Part shown: piece by piece, positions 1-8,286 of the stretch
How positions within the stretch are numbered: position 1 is the stretch's first letter
Layout of the letters: each line of letters starts with the position of its first letter
Source: an uncultured archaeon
GTDB taxonomy: Archaea; Thermoproteota; Bathyarchaeia; 40CM-2-53-6; CALIRQ01
DNA length: 64,000 nucleotides
Reading direction: 5' to 3'
Assembly: GCA_938042195.1 (NCBI GenBank)
Contig: CALIRQ010000009.1
Span: forward strand, 1,443-65,442
Position numbers and translations under genes: made by a program
Notes under the pieces: generated by a model
The model's input: only the letters and a program-made list of their open reading frames with translations
Told to the model about the DNA's origin: nothing
Databases searched by the model: none

Positions 1-312
1 TTCATCGTTCACCAATACGAGGTTGCCTAGGGCCGTCCTCTTCGATCGGATCACCTCAACCCTTGGGAAATACGCCTCCAGGACCCGGAGCTCCTCCCCC
101 CCTATAGTATGGGGTACTGCTATGCCGTTAGAGTTCGCGGCGACCAAAACCCCATTCAGCCTGGAGCCGCATATATCGACCGAGCATATCTTGACGCCGA
201 GGGCCCCGCTCAGTGTTCTCTTCTTCCCCTCCGGGACTCCCATTGGGATCAGGGCGACCTCCTCATTGGAGAAGCAGTAGATGCCTATATTTGCGTTGCC
301 GAATATATCCAT
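1..312 (-). CDS. eif6: translation initiation factor 6 (aIF6), C-terminal part cut by the window edge
   Basis: Minus-strand frame is open from 381 to position 1 with no stop, so it is absent from the ORF track. Hand translation MDIFGNANIGIYCFSNEEVALIPMGVPEGKKRTLSGALGVKICSVDICGSRLNGVLVAANSNGIAVPHT matches the aIF6 N-terminal consensus. An alternative ATG start is at 357. Confidence 0.65.
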   Translation of the reverse strand, partial: MDIFGNANIGIYCFSNEEVALIPMGVPEGKKRTLSGALGVKICSVDICGSRLNGVLVAANSNGIAVPHTIGGEELRVLEAYFPRVEVIRSKRTALGNLVLVNDE

Positions 313-395
313 GCGCTCTATCGGCAAACTCGCCCCATCACCTTCCCGGCGTGGCATCCCTCGTATCGATCGGGAATGGCCTCAAAAGCTTTTTG

Positions 396-1220
396 ATGCC
401 TTGGGGGGATGTTGGAACGGAGGCGGTGAAAACGATCGAGATATACGCCATTGAAACGGGCCTGATCAAGCCGGGGGACGATGTCCTCGGGATCGTATTG
501 GATGCCATGGGGAGGGTCGGATTGGAGGTCCGCGATGGCGATATCCTTGCCTTGGCGACTAAGGCCGTCTCGACGGCGATGGGGGCGATCGTCGATCTGA
601 GCGAGGTGAGGCCATCAAAGAACGCGAGGGATCTGGCCGAGGCAGCATCGCTGGAAGCCGAGTTCGTGGAGCTGGTCCTGAGGGAAGCGGATGAGATATA
701 CGGGGGGGTGGAGGGGGCCCTGCTGACCCTGAAATCGGGCATAATGGCGATAAACGCCGGCGTCGATCATAAAAACGTCGGCATCGGGAGGGCCGCCCTC
801 TGGCCCCCAGATCCCCAAGCCGTTGCCGATAGCCTCAGGAGGGGAGCGTTCGAAAGGACCGGAAAAAGGATCGGAGTGATCCTCGTCGATAGCAGGATAA
901 CGCCGTTGAGGAGGGGGACCGTGGGGTTGGCCGTGGCCGCCTCCGGGTTTGAGCCGGTTGAGGATTGCAGGGGGAGGCCGGATATATACGGGAGGCCTTT
1001 GAGGATGACTTGGATGGCGATAGCGGACGACCTCGCCTGCGCTGCTCATTTGGCGATGGGCGAGACCGATCGGTTGACGCCGGCAGCGCTCATAAGGGGG
1101 GCACCGATCCGCTTGAGCGAATCGGCCGATGGGGGATCTATCAAGATAGGGCCGGAGGATTGCGTCTTCATGAGGGCCATCTTGGGGCAGGGCCCAAGGC
1201 CTAGGCCGGATAGACCATGA
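396..1220 (+). CDS. cofE: F420-0:gamma-glutamyl ligase family protein (CofE-like)
   Basis: Internal ATG of ORF 213..1220. Motifs GDILALATKAVS, MAINAGVDHKNV, RTGKRIGVILVDS, RGTVGLAVAASG, GRPDIYGRPL and AAHLAMGE align to CofE. The upstream part of the listed ORF overlaps the eif6 region and is probably not coding. Confidence 0.65.
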   Translation: MPWGDVGTEAVKTIEIYAIETGLIKPGDDVLGIVLDAMGRVGLEVRDGDILALATKAVSTAMGAIVDLSEVRPSKNARDLAEAASLEAEFVELVLREADEIYGGVEGALLTLKSGIMAINAGVDHKNVGIGRAALWPPDPQAVADSLRRGAFERTGKRIGVILVDSRITPLRRGTVGLAVAASGFEPVEDCRGRPDIYGRPLRMTWMAIADDLACAAHLAMGETDRLTPAALIRGAPIRLSESADGGSIKIGPEDCVFMRAILGQGPRPRPDRP

Positions 1221-1491
1221 CCTTGCCCTCCTTATCCTTAACCAGCCTCACCTTCATCCTCCTCGGCGGATCCCCCGATCCCCTCCGCCATATCGCCTCG
1301 TTCACCTCGCCGCTTATGAGCACCTCATCCGCCTTCATTATCCTCCTGGCATAATCCCTCAGCATCCTCGAAACCCTCGGGGCCCTCCTCCACATTGGGG
1401 CTATCCAAGCCCTCCTGAAGGATAGAGTGCATATCCTCTCCTCCGCGACCTCGACCTCCCCCTCCTTCGAGCGGGATTCCCTTTCGCTCAT
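1201..1491 (-). CDS. rpl31e: 50S ribosomal protein L31e
   Basis: APRVSRMLRDYARRIMKADEVLISGEVNEAIWRRGSGDPPRRMKVRL matches the eL31 family. The gene overlaps the 3' end of the cofE-like gene by 20 nt, convergently. Confidence 0.85.
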   Translation of the reverse strand: MSERESRSKEGEVEVAEERICTLSFRRAWIAPMWRRAPRVSRMLRDYARRIMKADEVLISGEVNEAIWRRGSGDPPRRMKVRLVKDKEGKVMVYPA

Positions 1492-1502
1492 GGAAAAGCC
1501 CC

Positions 1503-1658
1503 CTAAACCTTAAGCCTATCCCTCCTCCAATTCCTCCTCTTGGGATTCGTCCTGATCCTGCCCGAGGTCCGCGCGACCACCCATGCGGGCACGGCCCTGT
1601 TACCCTTCAAGGCCCTGGCGAGCCTTCGCTTCCTAGCGGTGGGCTTGTTATTGGCCAA
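1503..1658 (-). CDS. rpl39e: 50S ribosomal protein L39e (51 aa, TTG start)
   Basis: Not in the ORF track because it is under 60 aa. Hand translation of the minus strand gives (M)[50 protein letters not shown], a close match to the eL39 consensus (KPLAKKLRLAKA...PVWV...HPKRRHWRR). The TTG start lies 3 nt after the stop of the PDCD5-like gene. Confidence 0.7.
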   Translation of the reverse strand: MANNKPTARKRRLARALKGNRAVPAWVVARTSGRIRTNPKRRNWRRDRLKV

Positions 1659-1661
1659 GGC

Positions 1662-1991
1662 TCAAACCCTCCTTATCCTTATATCCCTCTTGAGCGATTG
1701 CAAGCTCTTTAGGGCCCCCTTCAATTGTTCATCCGTTATAGGGATCCTGACCCTGCCCGATTGGGCGAGCTGTATCAATTGGAGCTCGAGCTGGGCGGCG
1801 AACTCCGGCTTGACCATTTTTATGTTCGCGAGCCTTTGCCTAGCCTCGGGGGATAATATTTGGAAGAGCAGGGCCTGCCTCTCCTCCTCGAGCCTCCTCC
1901 TGAGCTGGGCCCTTATTCGCTCTTCCTCCGCCGCCCCTTGGAGCTCGGCCATCCTCCTCCTGCGCAGCTCCTCCAACTCCTCGTCGCTCAA
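1662..1991 (-). CDS. PDCD5-like dsDNA-binding protein (PF01984 family)
   Basis: SDEELEELRRRRMAELQ N-terminus, then PEARQRLANIKMVKPEFAAQLELQLIQLAQSGRV and a basic C-terminus. It sits in the conserved position between S19e and L39e. Confidence 0.8.
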   Translation of the reverse strand: MSDEELEELRRRRMAELQGAAEEERIRAQLRRRLEEERQALLFQILSPEARQRLANIKMVKPEFAAQLELQLIQLAQSGRVRIPITDEQLKGALKSLQSLKRDIRIRRV

Positions 1992-2431
1992 TCCCCGTTC
2001 CCCTTCTTTAGCTCCTTAAGGATCTGGGCAGCGATCCTATCCAGTAGGCTCCGCCCCTCGCTGGTCAACCCCCTCCCCCTCTTCCCAATTTTCTCGACCA
2101 AGCCGGCGGCCTCGAGTTGTTGAAGGGGCTCCCTTATGGCGGATCCGCCGCCCTTAAGGACCCTTTCCGCCCTCCTCCCGCTCCTCTTCCTCCCGCCGTA
2201 TTCGGACCTGAGCCTCGAAACCCCTATCGGGCCCTTCATGTAGAGCTTCCTGAGGAGGGAGGCGCATCTTATATACCACCAATCTGGATCCCTTGGGGGG
2301 TGCTCCGCATGGGCCCCGGTCTTCGCCGTTAGGGCCCAATGGGGAGGGGATACCTCGCCCACCTCTTCCTTTATGTACTTGGCTAGCCTCTCGATGAGCA
2401 GATCGGGCGGTACGTCGAATGGCGTGGGCAA
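1988..2431 (-). CDS. rps19e: 30S ribosomal protein S19e
   Basis: WWYIRCASLLRKLYMKGPIGVSRLRSEYGG and LQQLEAAGLVE are eS19 signatures. Confidence 0.85.
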   Translation of the reverse strand: MPTPFDVPPDLLIERLAKYIKEEVGEVSPPHWALTAKTGAHAEHPPRDPDWWYIRCASLLRKLYMKGPIGVSRLRSEYGGRKRSGRRAERVLKGGGSAIREPLQQLEAAGLVEKIGKRGRGLTSEGRSLLDRIAAQILKELKKGNGD

Positions 2432-2454
2432 ATCTCAATCACTTTGCTGGCGGA

Positions 2455-2500
2455 TCATCCCATCCCTTTTCTTATAGAGCTCGAGATCCCCTACATATAT
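2455..2500 (-). promoter_or_regulatory. AT-rich TATA-like element upstream of the S19e-PDCD5-L39e-L31e operon
   Basis: ctacatatatattattcc sits about 30 nt upstream of the S19e start in an otherwise GC-rich context. Confidence 0.35.
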
Positions 2501-2587
2501 ATTATTCCTCCGGCCCCTCCATCCGGAGCCCTTCGCGCATCGGCCGCCGAACCCGCGATGGGGCCGACGATTGATTCCGCGTTGGGT

Positions 2588-2908
2588 TCATCGCCCCTTG
2601 CGACCGATCGGGAACCTTTTGATCCGCCCGCAATCCAAACAAGTGAGGACGACCCGCGAGCCCCCCCTCGATATGACCCTGACTCTGCAATTCTCGGGGG
2701 GGACCAAGAGGGAGCCGCACCCCTTGCAAACGAACAACTTCAGCTCCTTTGGGATATGAGTCCTGGACCTCATCCCTATCTGCTTCGCTAGGGCTATGTA
2801 GCGCCTCGAGAGCTCCCTATTCTCCGGGAAGGCCTCCCTCGCCAAGCGGAATAGGATCTCGATCCTCTCCCTTGCGATCTCCCTCTCCACCTCCCTATGT
2901 CGCCTCAT
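2588..2908 (-). CDS. rnp4: RNase P protein component 4 (Rpp21/Rpr2)
   Basis: N-terminal helical ARERIEILFRLA and C-terminal zinc ribbon CKGCGSLLVPPENCRVRV...CLDCGRIKRFP. Confidence 0.75.
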   Translation of the reverse strand: MRRHREVEREIARERIEILFRLAREAFPENRELSRRYIALAKQIGMRSRTHIPKELKLFVCKGCGSLLVPPENCRVRVISRGGSRVVLTCLDCGRIKRFPIGRKGR

Positions 2909-3021
2909 TCAAACAGGGCCTCGAAGGCCATCCCGGCCTTGGATCCCCTATTGAAGATCGATCAAGATATGTTTATATTGTCCAAAGCCCCTTCGCCTTG
3001 GTATCCAAAGGGGATCTAGCC

Positions 3022-3267
3022 TTGAAAAGGCTGGGCCATGTCCTGCACCAGTCGAATAACCGAAACCTCATCCTGAGATCGGAATCGAACGCTCCTCCCG
3101 AGCTCGGAGCCAAAGTCTACGATGCGAAGCGAAGGCCCTTGGGCATCGTGGTTGACGTCTTCGGGCCCGTAAAGTCCCCCTATATCGAGGTCAAGCCACT
3201 CCTTACCGATGGGGGGAAATTGGTCGGGAGATCCGTTTACCTAAGGACCGAAAGGGATCGAGCGTGA
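3022..3267 (+). CDS. gar1: H/ACA ribonucleoprotein subunit Gar1 (TTG start inside longer ORF 2749..3267)
   Basis: (M)KRLGHVLHQSNNRNLILRS...KVYDAKRRPLGIVVDVFGPVKSPYIEVKP matches the Gar1 core. The 5' part of the listed ORF looks non-coding and overlaps the Rpp21 region. Confidence 0.7.
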   Translation: MKRLGHVLHQSNNRNLILRSESNAPPELGAKVYDAKRRPLGIVVDVFGPVKSPYIEVKPLLTDGGKLVGRSVYLRTERDRA

Positions 3268-3274
3268 ATCCGCC

Positions 3275-4225
3275 TTGGAAGAAGAGGGAGATTCCGATAC
3301 CGTAATCGAGGTTGGACAAAGGGCCAAGGCCTGCCCGGAATGCGGCGGCGCCAATATAATAGTGGATTACGAATCCGCCGAGGTCGTGTGCAGAGATTGC
3401 GGCTTCGTAATGGATGAGAAGATAGCGGATACGAGGCCCGAATGGAGGGCCTTCGATGAGGAGCAAAGGGAGAAGAGGGCTCGGGTGGGCGCACCGATAA
3501 CCTATGCCCTCCACGACAAGGGCCTCTCCACGATGATAGATTGGCAGGACAATAAGGTCTTGGGGAAGAGGGATAACCCATCGAAGCAGATGGAGCTCTA
3601 CAAGTTGAGGAAATGGCAGAGGAGGATAAGGGTCTCCGATTCGATCGAGAGGAACTTGGCCGCGGCCCTCGCGGAGATGACCAAGATAGCTGAGGCGCTT
3701 AACCTACCGAAGAACATCGTGGAGACGTCCTCGATCCTTTATCGGAGGGCCATAAAGAAGAGGTTGATAAGGGGTAGATCCATACATACGATGAGCGCCG
3801 CGGCCATATACTTGAGCTGCAGGCAATGCGGGATCCCGAGGACGCTGGATGAAGTAGCGGCGGCATCCAACGTGAGCAAGAAGGAAATAGGGAGGTCCTA
3901 TCGCCTGATATTGAAGGAGATGAGCACCCCCGTTCCGCCCTCGATGGGCGGGAATTACGCGGCTAGGTTCTCGAACAAGCTGGCGATCTCCGGTATGGCC
4001 GAGGCGATAGCGATAAAGATACTCGAGGCGGCGAGGGCCATAAGGCTCACCGGCGGGAGGGGGCCGACCGGGATAGCGGCCGCGGCCACATATATAGCCA
4101 CAGTCCTGACTAACGAGAGGAGGACGCAAAGGGAGGTGGCCGAGGTAGCCAACGTAACCGAGGTAACGATAAGGAATAGATATAAGGAGTTGCTAGAGAG
4201 GATATACATAGAAGTATACGTGTGA
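3275..4225 (+). CDS. tfb: transcription initiation factor IIB (TFB)
   Basis: N-terminal zinc ribbon CPECGGANIIVDYESAEVVCRDCGFV followed by two cyclin-like repeats. TTG start 8 nt after the Gar1 stop, which is a conserved Gar1-TFB adjacency. Confidence 0.9.
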   Translation: MEEEGDSDTVIEVGQRAKACPECGGANIIVDYESAEVVCRDCGFVMDEKIADTRPEWRAFDEEQREKRARVGAPITYALHDKGLSTMIDWQDNKVLGKRDNPSKQMELYKLRKWQRRIRVSDSIERNLAAALAEMTKIAEALNLPKNIVETSSILYRRAIKKRLIRGRSIHTMSAAAIYLSCRQCGIPRTLDEVAAASNVSKKEIGRSYRLILKEMSTPVPPSMGGNYAARFSNKLAISGMAEAIAIKILEAARAIRLTGGRGPTGIAAAATYIATVLTNERRTQREVAEVANVTEVTIRNRYKELLERIYIEVYV

Positions 4226-4274
4226 TGAGGGAATTTATGGCTGGTGAAGCCAGCCGCAGATCGCCGCTTTGGAT

Positions 4275-4988
4275 ATGAAGCTGTTTTTGATATTGGCCGA
4301 GTCGTCCCTTGAGCCAGTGCCGGATGAGATAAGGGACCATCCGGCGGTTCGGAAGAGCGCTAGGAGGAGGGGGAGGGATCCGGGCGAGTTGATATTGGAT
4401 AGGAGCCTCCATCATTTCGCCATGAGGGGCCTCCCGAACTCGGGGAAGAGGGGAAGGCCGGATATAGTGCACATGGCCCTGCTGGGAGCCCTGGGGACCC
4501 CCTTGAACTGGGAAGGGCTGCTCTCCATCCACGTGCACACAATAGGGGATATGATAATTGATGTGAACCCCGGCGTGAGGTTGCCCAGGAATTATAACAG
4601 GTTCTTGGGACTCATGGAGCAACTCTTCGCCAAAGGCTCCATAACCTCCACCTCCGGGGAGGTGTTGCTGAGGGCGCGCCCCGGCCGGATGCAGGACCTC
4701 CTCGAAGCCCTGAACCCCTCGATTGTATTGGCCTTCACGAGGGCCGGCTCCCCGAGGACGATGAAGGATTGCGTCGGGGAGCTCATGGGCCGCGATAGGC
4801 CGGCCGCCATAATTGGTGGATTCCCTCACGGGGGATTCTCCGAGGGGACATTGGAGCTCGCGGACGCATTGGTCAGGATCGATCGCGAATCGCTCGATGC
4901 CTCCGTAGTCGTTTCGAGGCTGATATACGAGTTTGAGGAAGCCCTCGGCCTGCCGGAGAGGCGGGTGCGGGGCCCGGATCAAACTTAA
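4275..4988 (+). CDS. nep1: ribosomal RNA small subunit methyltransferase Nep1 (Emg1, SPOUT)
   Basis: ESSLEPVP, KRGRPDIVHMALL, LSIHVHT and PRNYNRFLGLMEQL motifs. ATG at 4275 preferred over the listed TTG at 4269. Confidence 0.85.
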   Translation: MKLFLILAESSLEPVPDEIRDHPAVRKSARRRGRDPGELILDRSLHHFAMRGLPNSGKRGRPDIVHMALLGALGTPLNWEGLLSIHVHTIGDMIIDVNPGVRLPRNYNRFLGLMEQLFAKGSITSTSGEVLLRARPGRMQDLLEALNPSIVLAFTRAGSPRTMKDCVGELMGRDRPAAIIGGFPHGGFSEGTLELADALVRIDRESLDASVVVSRLIYEFEEALGLPERRVRGPDQT

Positions 4989-5014
4989 TAAAAGCGCCCC
5001 ATATCGGAGCACGG

Positions 5015-5401
5015 GTGCTTCATTTGCCGGAGGACGAAGAACTGGAGCTCCTGAAGAGGAGGAAGCTCCAAGAGATCCAAAGAAGGCTCGCGATGGGGCA
5101 GGAGACCATCGAGGGGCCTAGGGGCGAGGACCGGGGGGCGGCGTTGAGGGGGGTCCTCGTCGGGAGGGCTTGGGAGGTGCTCGCGGCGGCTAGGAGGCAA
5201 TACCCGAGGGCTGCGGAGAGTGTGGAAGCAGCTTTGGCGAAGGCGATCTCCGAGGGGAAGATCAGGGGCCCAATAACGGGGGAGCAGCTCTTATGGCTGT
5301 TCAGATACTTGGGGCTGAATGTGAGGTTGGAGACGAGGATCAGGATCTACGAGCATGGGGAGCTCAAATCGATAGCGGAGAAGCTGAGGGAAGGGGATTA
5401 G
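5015..5401 (+). CDS. second PDCD5-like dsDNA-binding family protein (paralog)
   Basis: EDEELELLKRRKLQEIQRRL N-terminus, then AAESVEAALAKAISEGKIRGPITGEQLLWLF and a basic tail. Same architecture as 1662..1991. Confidence 0.55.
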   Translation: MLHLPEDEELELLKRRKLQEIQRRLAMGQETIEGPRGEDRGAALRGVLVGRAWEVLAAARRQYPRAAESVEAALAKAISEGKIRGPITGEQLLWLFRYLGLNVRLETRIRIYEHGELKSIAEKLREGD

Positions 5402-5435
5402 GCTCGGAAAGGGGCCCAGGCGGGCGGATCGGCCC

Positions 5436-6869
5436 CTATCCAGCCCCGCGGCCATATCTTCTCAGGACCCCATCCAGATGGGATAGGAAATCTAGGCAAC
5501 GCTCCGCGCAATCCCCAATGTGGCCCCTCGCGTCGAGGAGCTCTTCGATCTCCTCGGGGCCAAGCCTTTTGGATATCTCCTCATCCCCCTTCAGAAGATC
5601 CGGCAATGGATTCTCGAGACCCTCCATCACGGCCCTCCATGCCCTTTGGGAATGGGCCCTCAGCCTCTCGTGGGCCTCCTGCCGATCCATTCCCCTTTCC
5701 ACGAGCTTCATCAAAACCCTCTCCAAGCCGGCCCATGGGCCGAACCTCCTCAAATTCTCCTCCACGGCCCTCTCGTTAACCACCAAGCCTTTAAGTATCT
5801 CCAAGTAGAGCCTCAAGCACTCATCGATTGCCAGGAACGCCTCCGGCAGGATCACCCTCCTGTTCGCGGAATCGTCCAGGGTCCTCTCGAATATCGCGCA
5901 GGCGGCATTATCCCAAGCGACCTTCGGGAGGGCGCTGACGTATCTGGCTAGGGAGCACATCCTCTCCGATTTGATCGGGTTCCTCTTGAACGGCATGGCC
6001 GAGGATCCTACTTGCCTCTCTGAGAACGGCTCCTGGAGCTCCCCGAGGGTCGGGGATTGGAAATGCCTCAAATCCATCCCGAACTTATGGGCGCTCTGGG
6101 CGATGGAGGACAAGGCCGATAGAACTAGGAAATCCACCTTCCTCGGATAAGTTTGGGTCGAAACCGGGAAGCTCTCAATCCCGAGCCCTTCCATAACTCT
6201 CTTCTCCATATCCTTCGGTTTGCCCTTGCCCGATAATATGGCCGCGAAGCTGGCAGATGAGCCGACGGCGCCCTTGATCCCCTTGCCCTTGAGGGCCTCG
6301 GTCATTACGTATTCGATTAGCCCCAAGTCCAAGATCAAATCTTGGGCATAGTTGGCGAACCTATAGCCCAGGGTCATGGGCTCTGCGGGTTGGAGATGCG
6401 TCCATCCCAAGCACGGGAGGTCCCTATAGCGCGCTATCAGGCCCAAGAGGGCCTCCAAACAATCCAATAGCCTTTCGATTACTATCCCCATAGCCCCCCT
6501 CATTCTTAGGATGTCCGCGTTATCCTCTATATCCGCGGACGTTGCTCCCCAATGGAGCTTCCCCCCGCCGATCGGGCATCGCTCGGAGTAGGATTTCAGC
6601 TCGGCCATGAGGTCATGCTTTATCTCGCGTTCTATCTCCAGCGCCCTCTCCATGTCGATGTTCTCGGCGCCCATCTTGGATTTGATGTCCTCCAATTCCT
6701 TCGGGGATACCAGGCCGTACTCCGCTTGGGCCTCGGCCAACTCGACCCAGATCCGCCTCCATAGGGCCCTGTAGTGGATCTCCGAGAAGATCCTCCTCAT
6801 CTCATCGCTCCCATAGCGCCAAGTGAAGGGGGATTTGAAGGAACCATAGCCTTGGTTCGATCGCTTCAT
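5436..6869 (-). CDS. purB: adenylosuccinate lyase
   Basis: Fumarate-lyase signature GSSAMPFKRNP; 477 aa; adjacent to the pur operon. Confidence 0.85.
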   Translation of the reverse strand: MKRSNQGYGSFKSPFTWRYGSDEMRRIFSEIHYRALWRRIWVELAEAQAEYGLVSPKELEDIKSKMGAENIDMERALEIEREIKHDLMAELKSYSERCPIGGGKLHWGATSADIEDNADILRMRGAMGIVIERLLDCLEALLGLIARYRDLPCLGWTHLQPAEPMTLGYRFANYAQDLILDLGLIEYVMTEALKGKGIKGAVGSSASFAAILSGKGKPKDMEKRVMEGLGIESFPVSTQTYPRKVDFLVLSALSSIAQSAHKFGMDLRHFQSPTLGELQEPFSERQVGSSAMPFKRNPIKSERMCSLARYVSALPKVAWDNAACAIFERTLDDSANRRVILPEAFLAIDECLRLYLEILKGLVVNERAVEENLRRFGPWAGLERVLMKLVERGMDRQEAHERLRAHSQRAWRAVMEGLENPLPDLLKGDEEISKRLGPEEIEELLDARGHIGDCAERCLDFLSHLDGVLRRYGRGAG

Positions 6870-6899
6870 CCATCCTCACACATCCAAGCAAGGGTGCAT

Positions 6900-7012
6900 C
6901 AACTAACTTGGCATCCGAATTTAAATACCCCGAGGGGCGGCACTCCTCAAGGGATCGCCAAAGATTTACAAAAATATGTTAAATTTTTAAGTTTTTAAAC
7001 CCCTTTATATGC
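6900..7012. promoter_or_regulatory. divergent AT-rich promoter region (purB leftward, purS operon rightward)
   Basis: tttaaata at 6921-6929 faces purB. aaatttttaagtttttaaacccctttatat at 6975-7010 faces purS. Confidence 0.4.
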
Positions 7013-7268
7013 AACATTAATTGAGATTGGGCGTGGAGAGAGCGATGGGCGCTTGGCGGAGGGGGAAGGGGATCAAGGAGGGCCTCTGGGATCTCATATG
7101 CCGTAGCGATTTCGAATCGAACCCCCTTGGCGATCGGCTACTGGGGCGGCCTTCCCCGCGGGCTCTCAGGCCGCTTTATGAGATCGCTTGGAGCCCGGCT
7201 TTGCTGAGCGCGCGCATGGGAATCGCGGCGCCTTTGGGGTTTGACAGGGGAACGGCTGGGGAGGGACC

Positions 7269-7547
7269 ATGAGGGAATATTTGGTCGAGGTAATCATACA
7301 GAACAAGGAGATGGCGAAGGATCCGGAGGGGGAAACGATAGAGAGGGACCTCATCCATAGGGGGGGATACGATTCCATAAGGGCCGTGAGATCGGGCAAA
7401 TACCTTCGAATGCTCGTCAAGGCGGATGGCCCCGAGAGGGCAAGGGAGATTGTGGTTAAGATGTGCAACGAATTGAGGTTGTTCAACCCGGTCGTTCATT
7501 CCTGCTCCGTGAAGGTCAGGGCGAGCGGGAGGAAGGGTGGGGATTGA
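7269..7547 (+). CDS. purS: phosphoribosylformylglycinamidine synthase subunit PurS
   Basis: About 90 aa PurS fold sequence MREYLVEVIIQNKEMAKDPEGETIERDL. GGAGG lies upstream of the ATG. Confidence 0.85.
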   Translation: MREYLVEVIIQNKEMAKDPEGETIERDLIHRGGYDSIRAVRSGKYLRMLVKADGPERAREIVVKMCNELRLFNPVVHSCSVKVRASGRKGGD

Positions 7548-8269
7548 GGATCGCGGTCCTCAACTTCCCGGGATCGAACTGCGAGCTGGACACCATCTAC
7601 GTCCTCCGCCGGCTCCTGAACTTGGATGCGGAGCTCGTATGGCATGAGGCCTTCGATCGATCCGGGTATGACGCCGCCATATTGCCGGGCGGCTTCTCAT
7701 ATGGGGATTACCTCAGGGCCGGGACGATAGCGGCCCATAGCCCGGCCATGAAACACGTGAGGGCCATGGCGGATGAGGGGAAGCCCGTGATAGGCATATG
7801 CAATGGGTTCCAGATGCTGACTGAGGCAGGTTTGCTCCCCGGGGCCCTCCTCAGGAACGAAGGGTTGAGCTTCGTCTGCCGATGGGTTTCGCTGAGGGTG
7901 GAATCCAATAGGAGCGCTTTGACTTGGCTATTGCCCAAGGGGGCGATCATCAGGTTGCCCATCGCCCACGCGGAGGGGCGATACGTTAACGAGAGGCGCG
8001 CGATCCGGGAGCTTTGGAGGAACGGGCAAGTGATCTTGACGTACGTTGACGAGCTGGGCAACCCGACCCCGGATGCCAATCCAAATGGCTCGATGGATAA
8101 CATAGCCGGGATATGCAATGAGCGGGGCAACGTCGTTGGGCTGATGCCACATCCGGAGAGGGGGGCCGAGGGGGTGTTGAGCCCCTTCGGCAGCGAGGAC
8201 GGCCTCATGCTGTTCGAATCGTTGCTCTATTTCATGAATGGGGGGGATCGGATCTGCGGGGCGGGCTGA
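7544..8269 (+). CDS. purQ: phosphoribosylformylglycinamidine synthase glutaminase subunit PurQ
   Basis: [27 protein letters not shown] and HPER motifs. TTG at 7544 overlaps the purS TGA (TTGA). The listed ATG at 7463 would give an atypical 27-aa N-terminal extension. Confidence 0.8.
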   Translation: MRIAVLNFPGSNCELDTIYVLRRLLNLDAELVWHEAFDRSGYDAAILPGGFSYGDYLRAGTIAAHSPAMKHVRAMADEGKPVIGICNGFQMLTEAGLLPGALLRNEGLSFVCRWVSLRVESNRSALTWLLPKGAIIRLPIAHAEGRYVNERRAIRELWRNGQVILTYVDELGNPTPDANPNGSMDNIAGICNERGNVVGLMPHPERGAEGVLSPFGSEDGLMLFESLLYFMNGGDRICGAG

Positions 8270-8286
8270 AGGCGAGGACATCCCTT

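Noticed and set aside
213-395. N-terminal 61 codons of the listed ORF 213..1220 and the + strand ORFs 23..280 / 109..396
   Set aside because: This region is occupied on the minus strand by the aIF6 N-terminus. CofE similarity begins only after the internal ATG at 396.
4110-5012. 300-aa minus-strand ORF
   Set aside because: Entirely antisense to the confidently assigned Nep1 gene, with a Pro/Gly/Arg-rich low-complexity translation typical of GC-rich antisense frames.
7105-7130. tRNA-like T-loop motif (ttcgaatcgaaccccc) in the purS leader
   Set aside because: I could not build a complementary T-stem or an acceptor stem on either strand. No other tRNA hallmarks are present.
7020-7268. ZTP (pfl) or purine riboswitch upstream of the pur operon
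   Set aside because: The conserved GGGUCGUGAC/CCGGGC cores of the ZTP motif and the purine-riboswitch junction consensus are absent. It is kept only as an unclassified structured leader.
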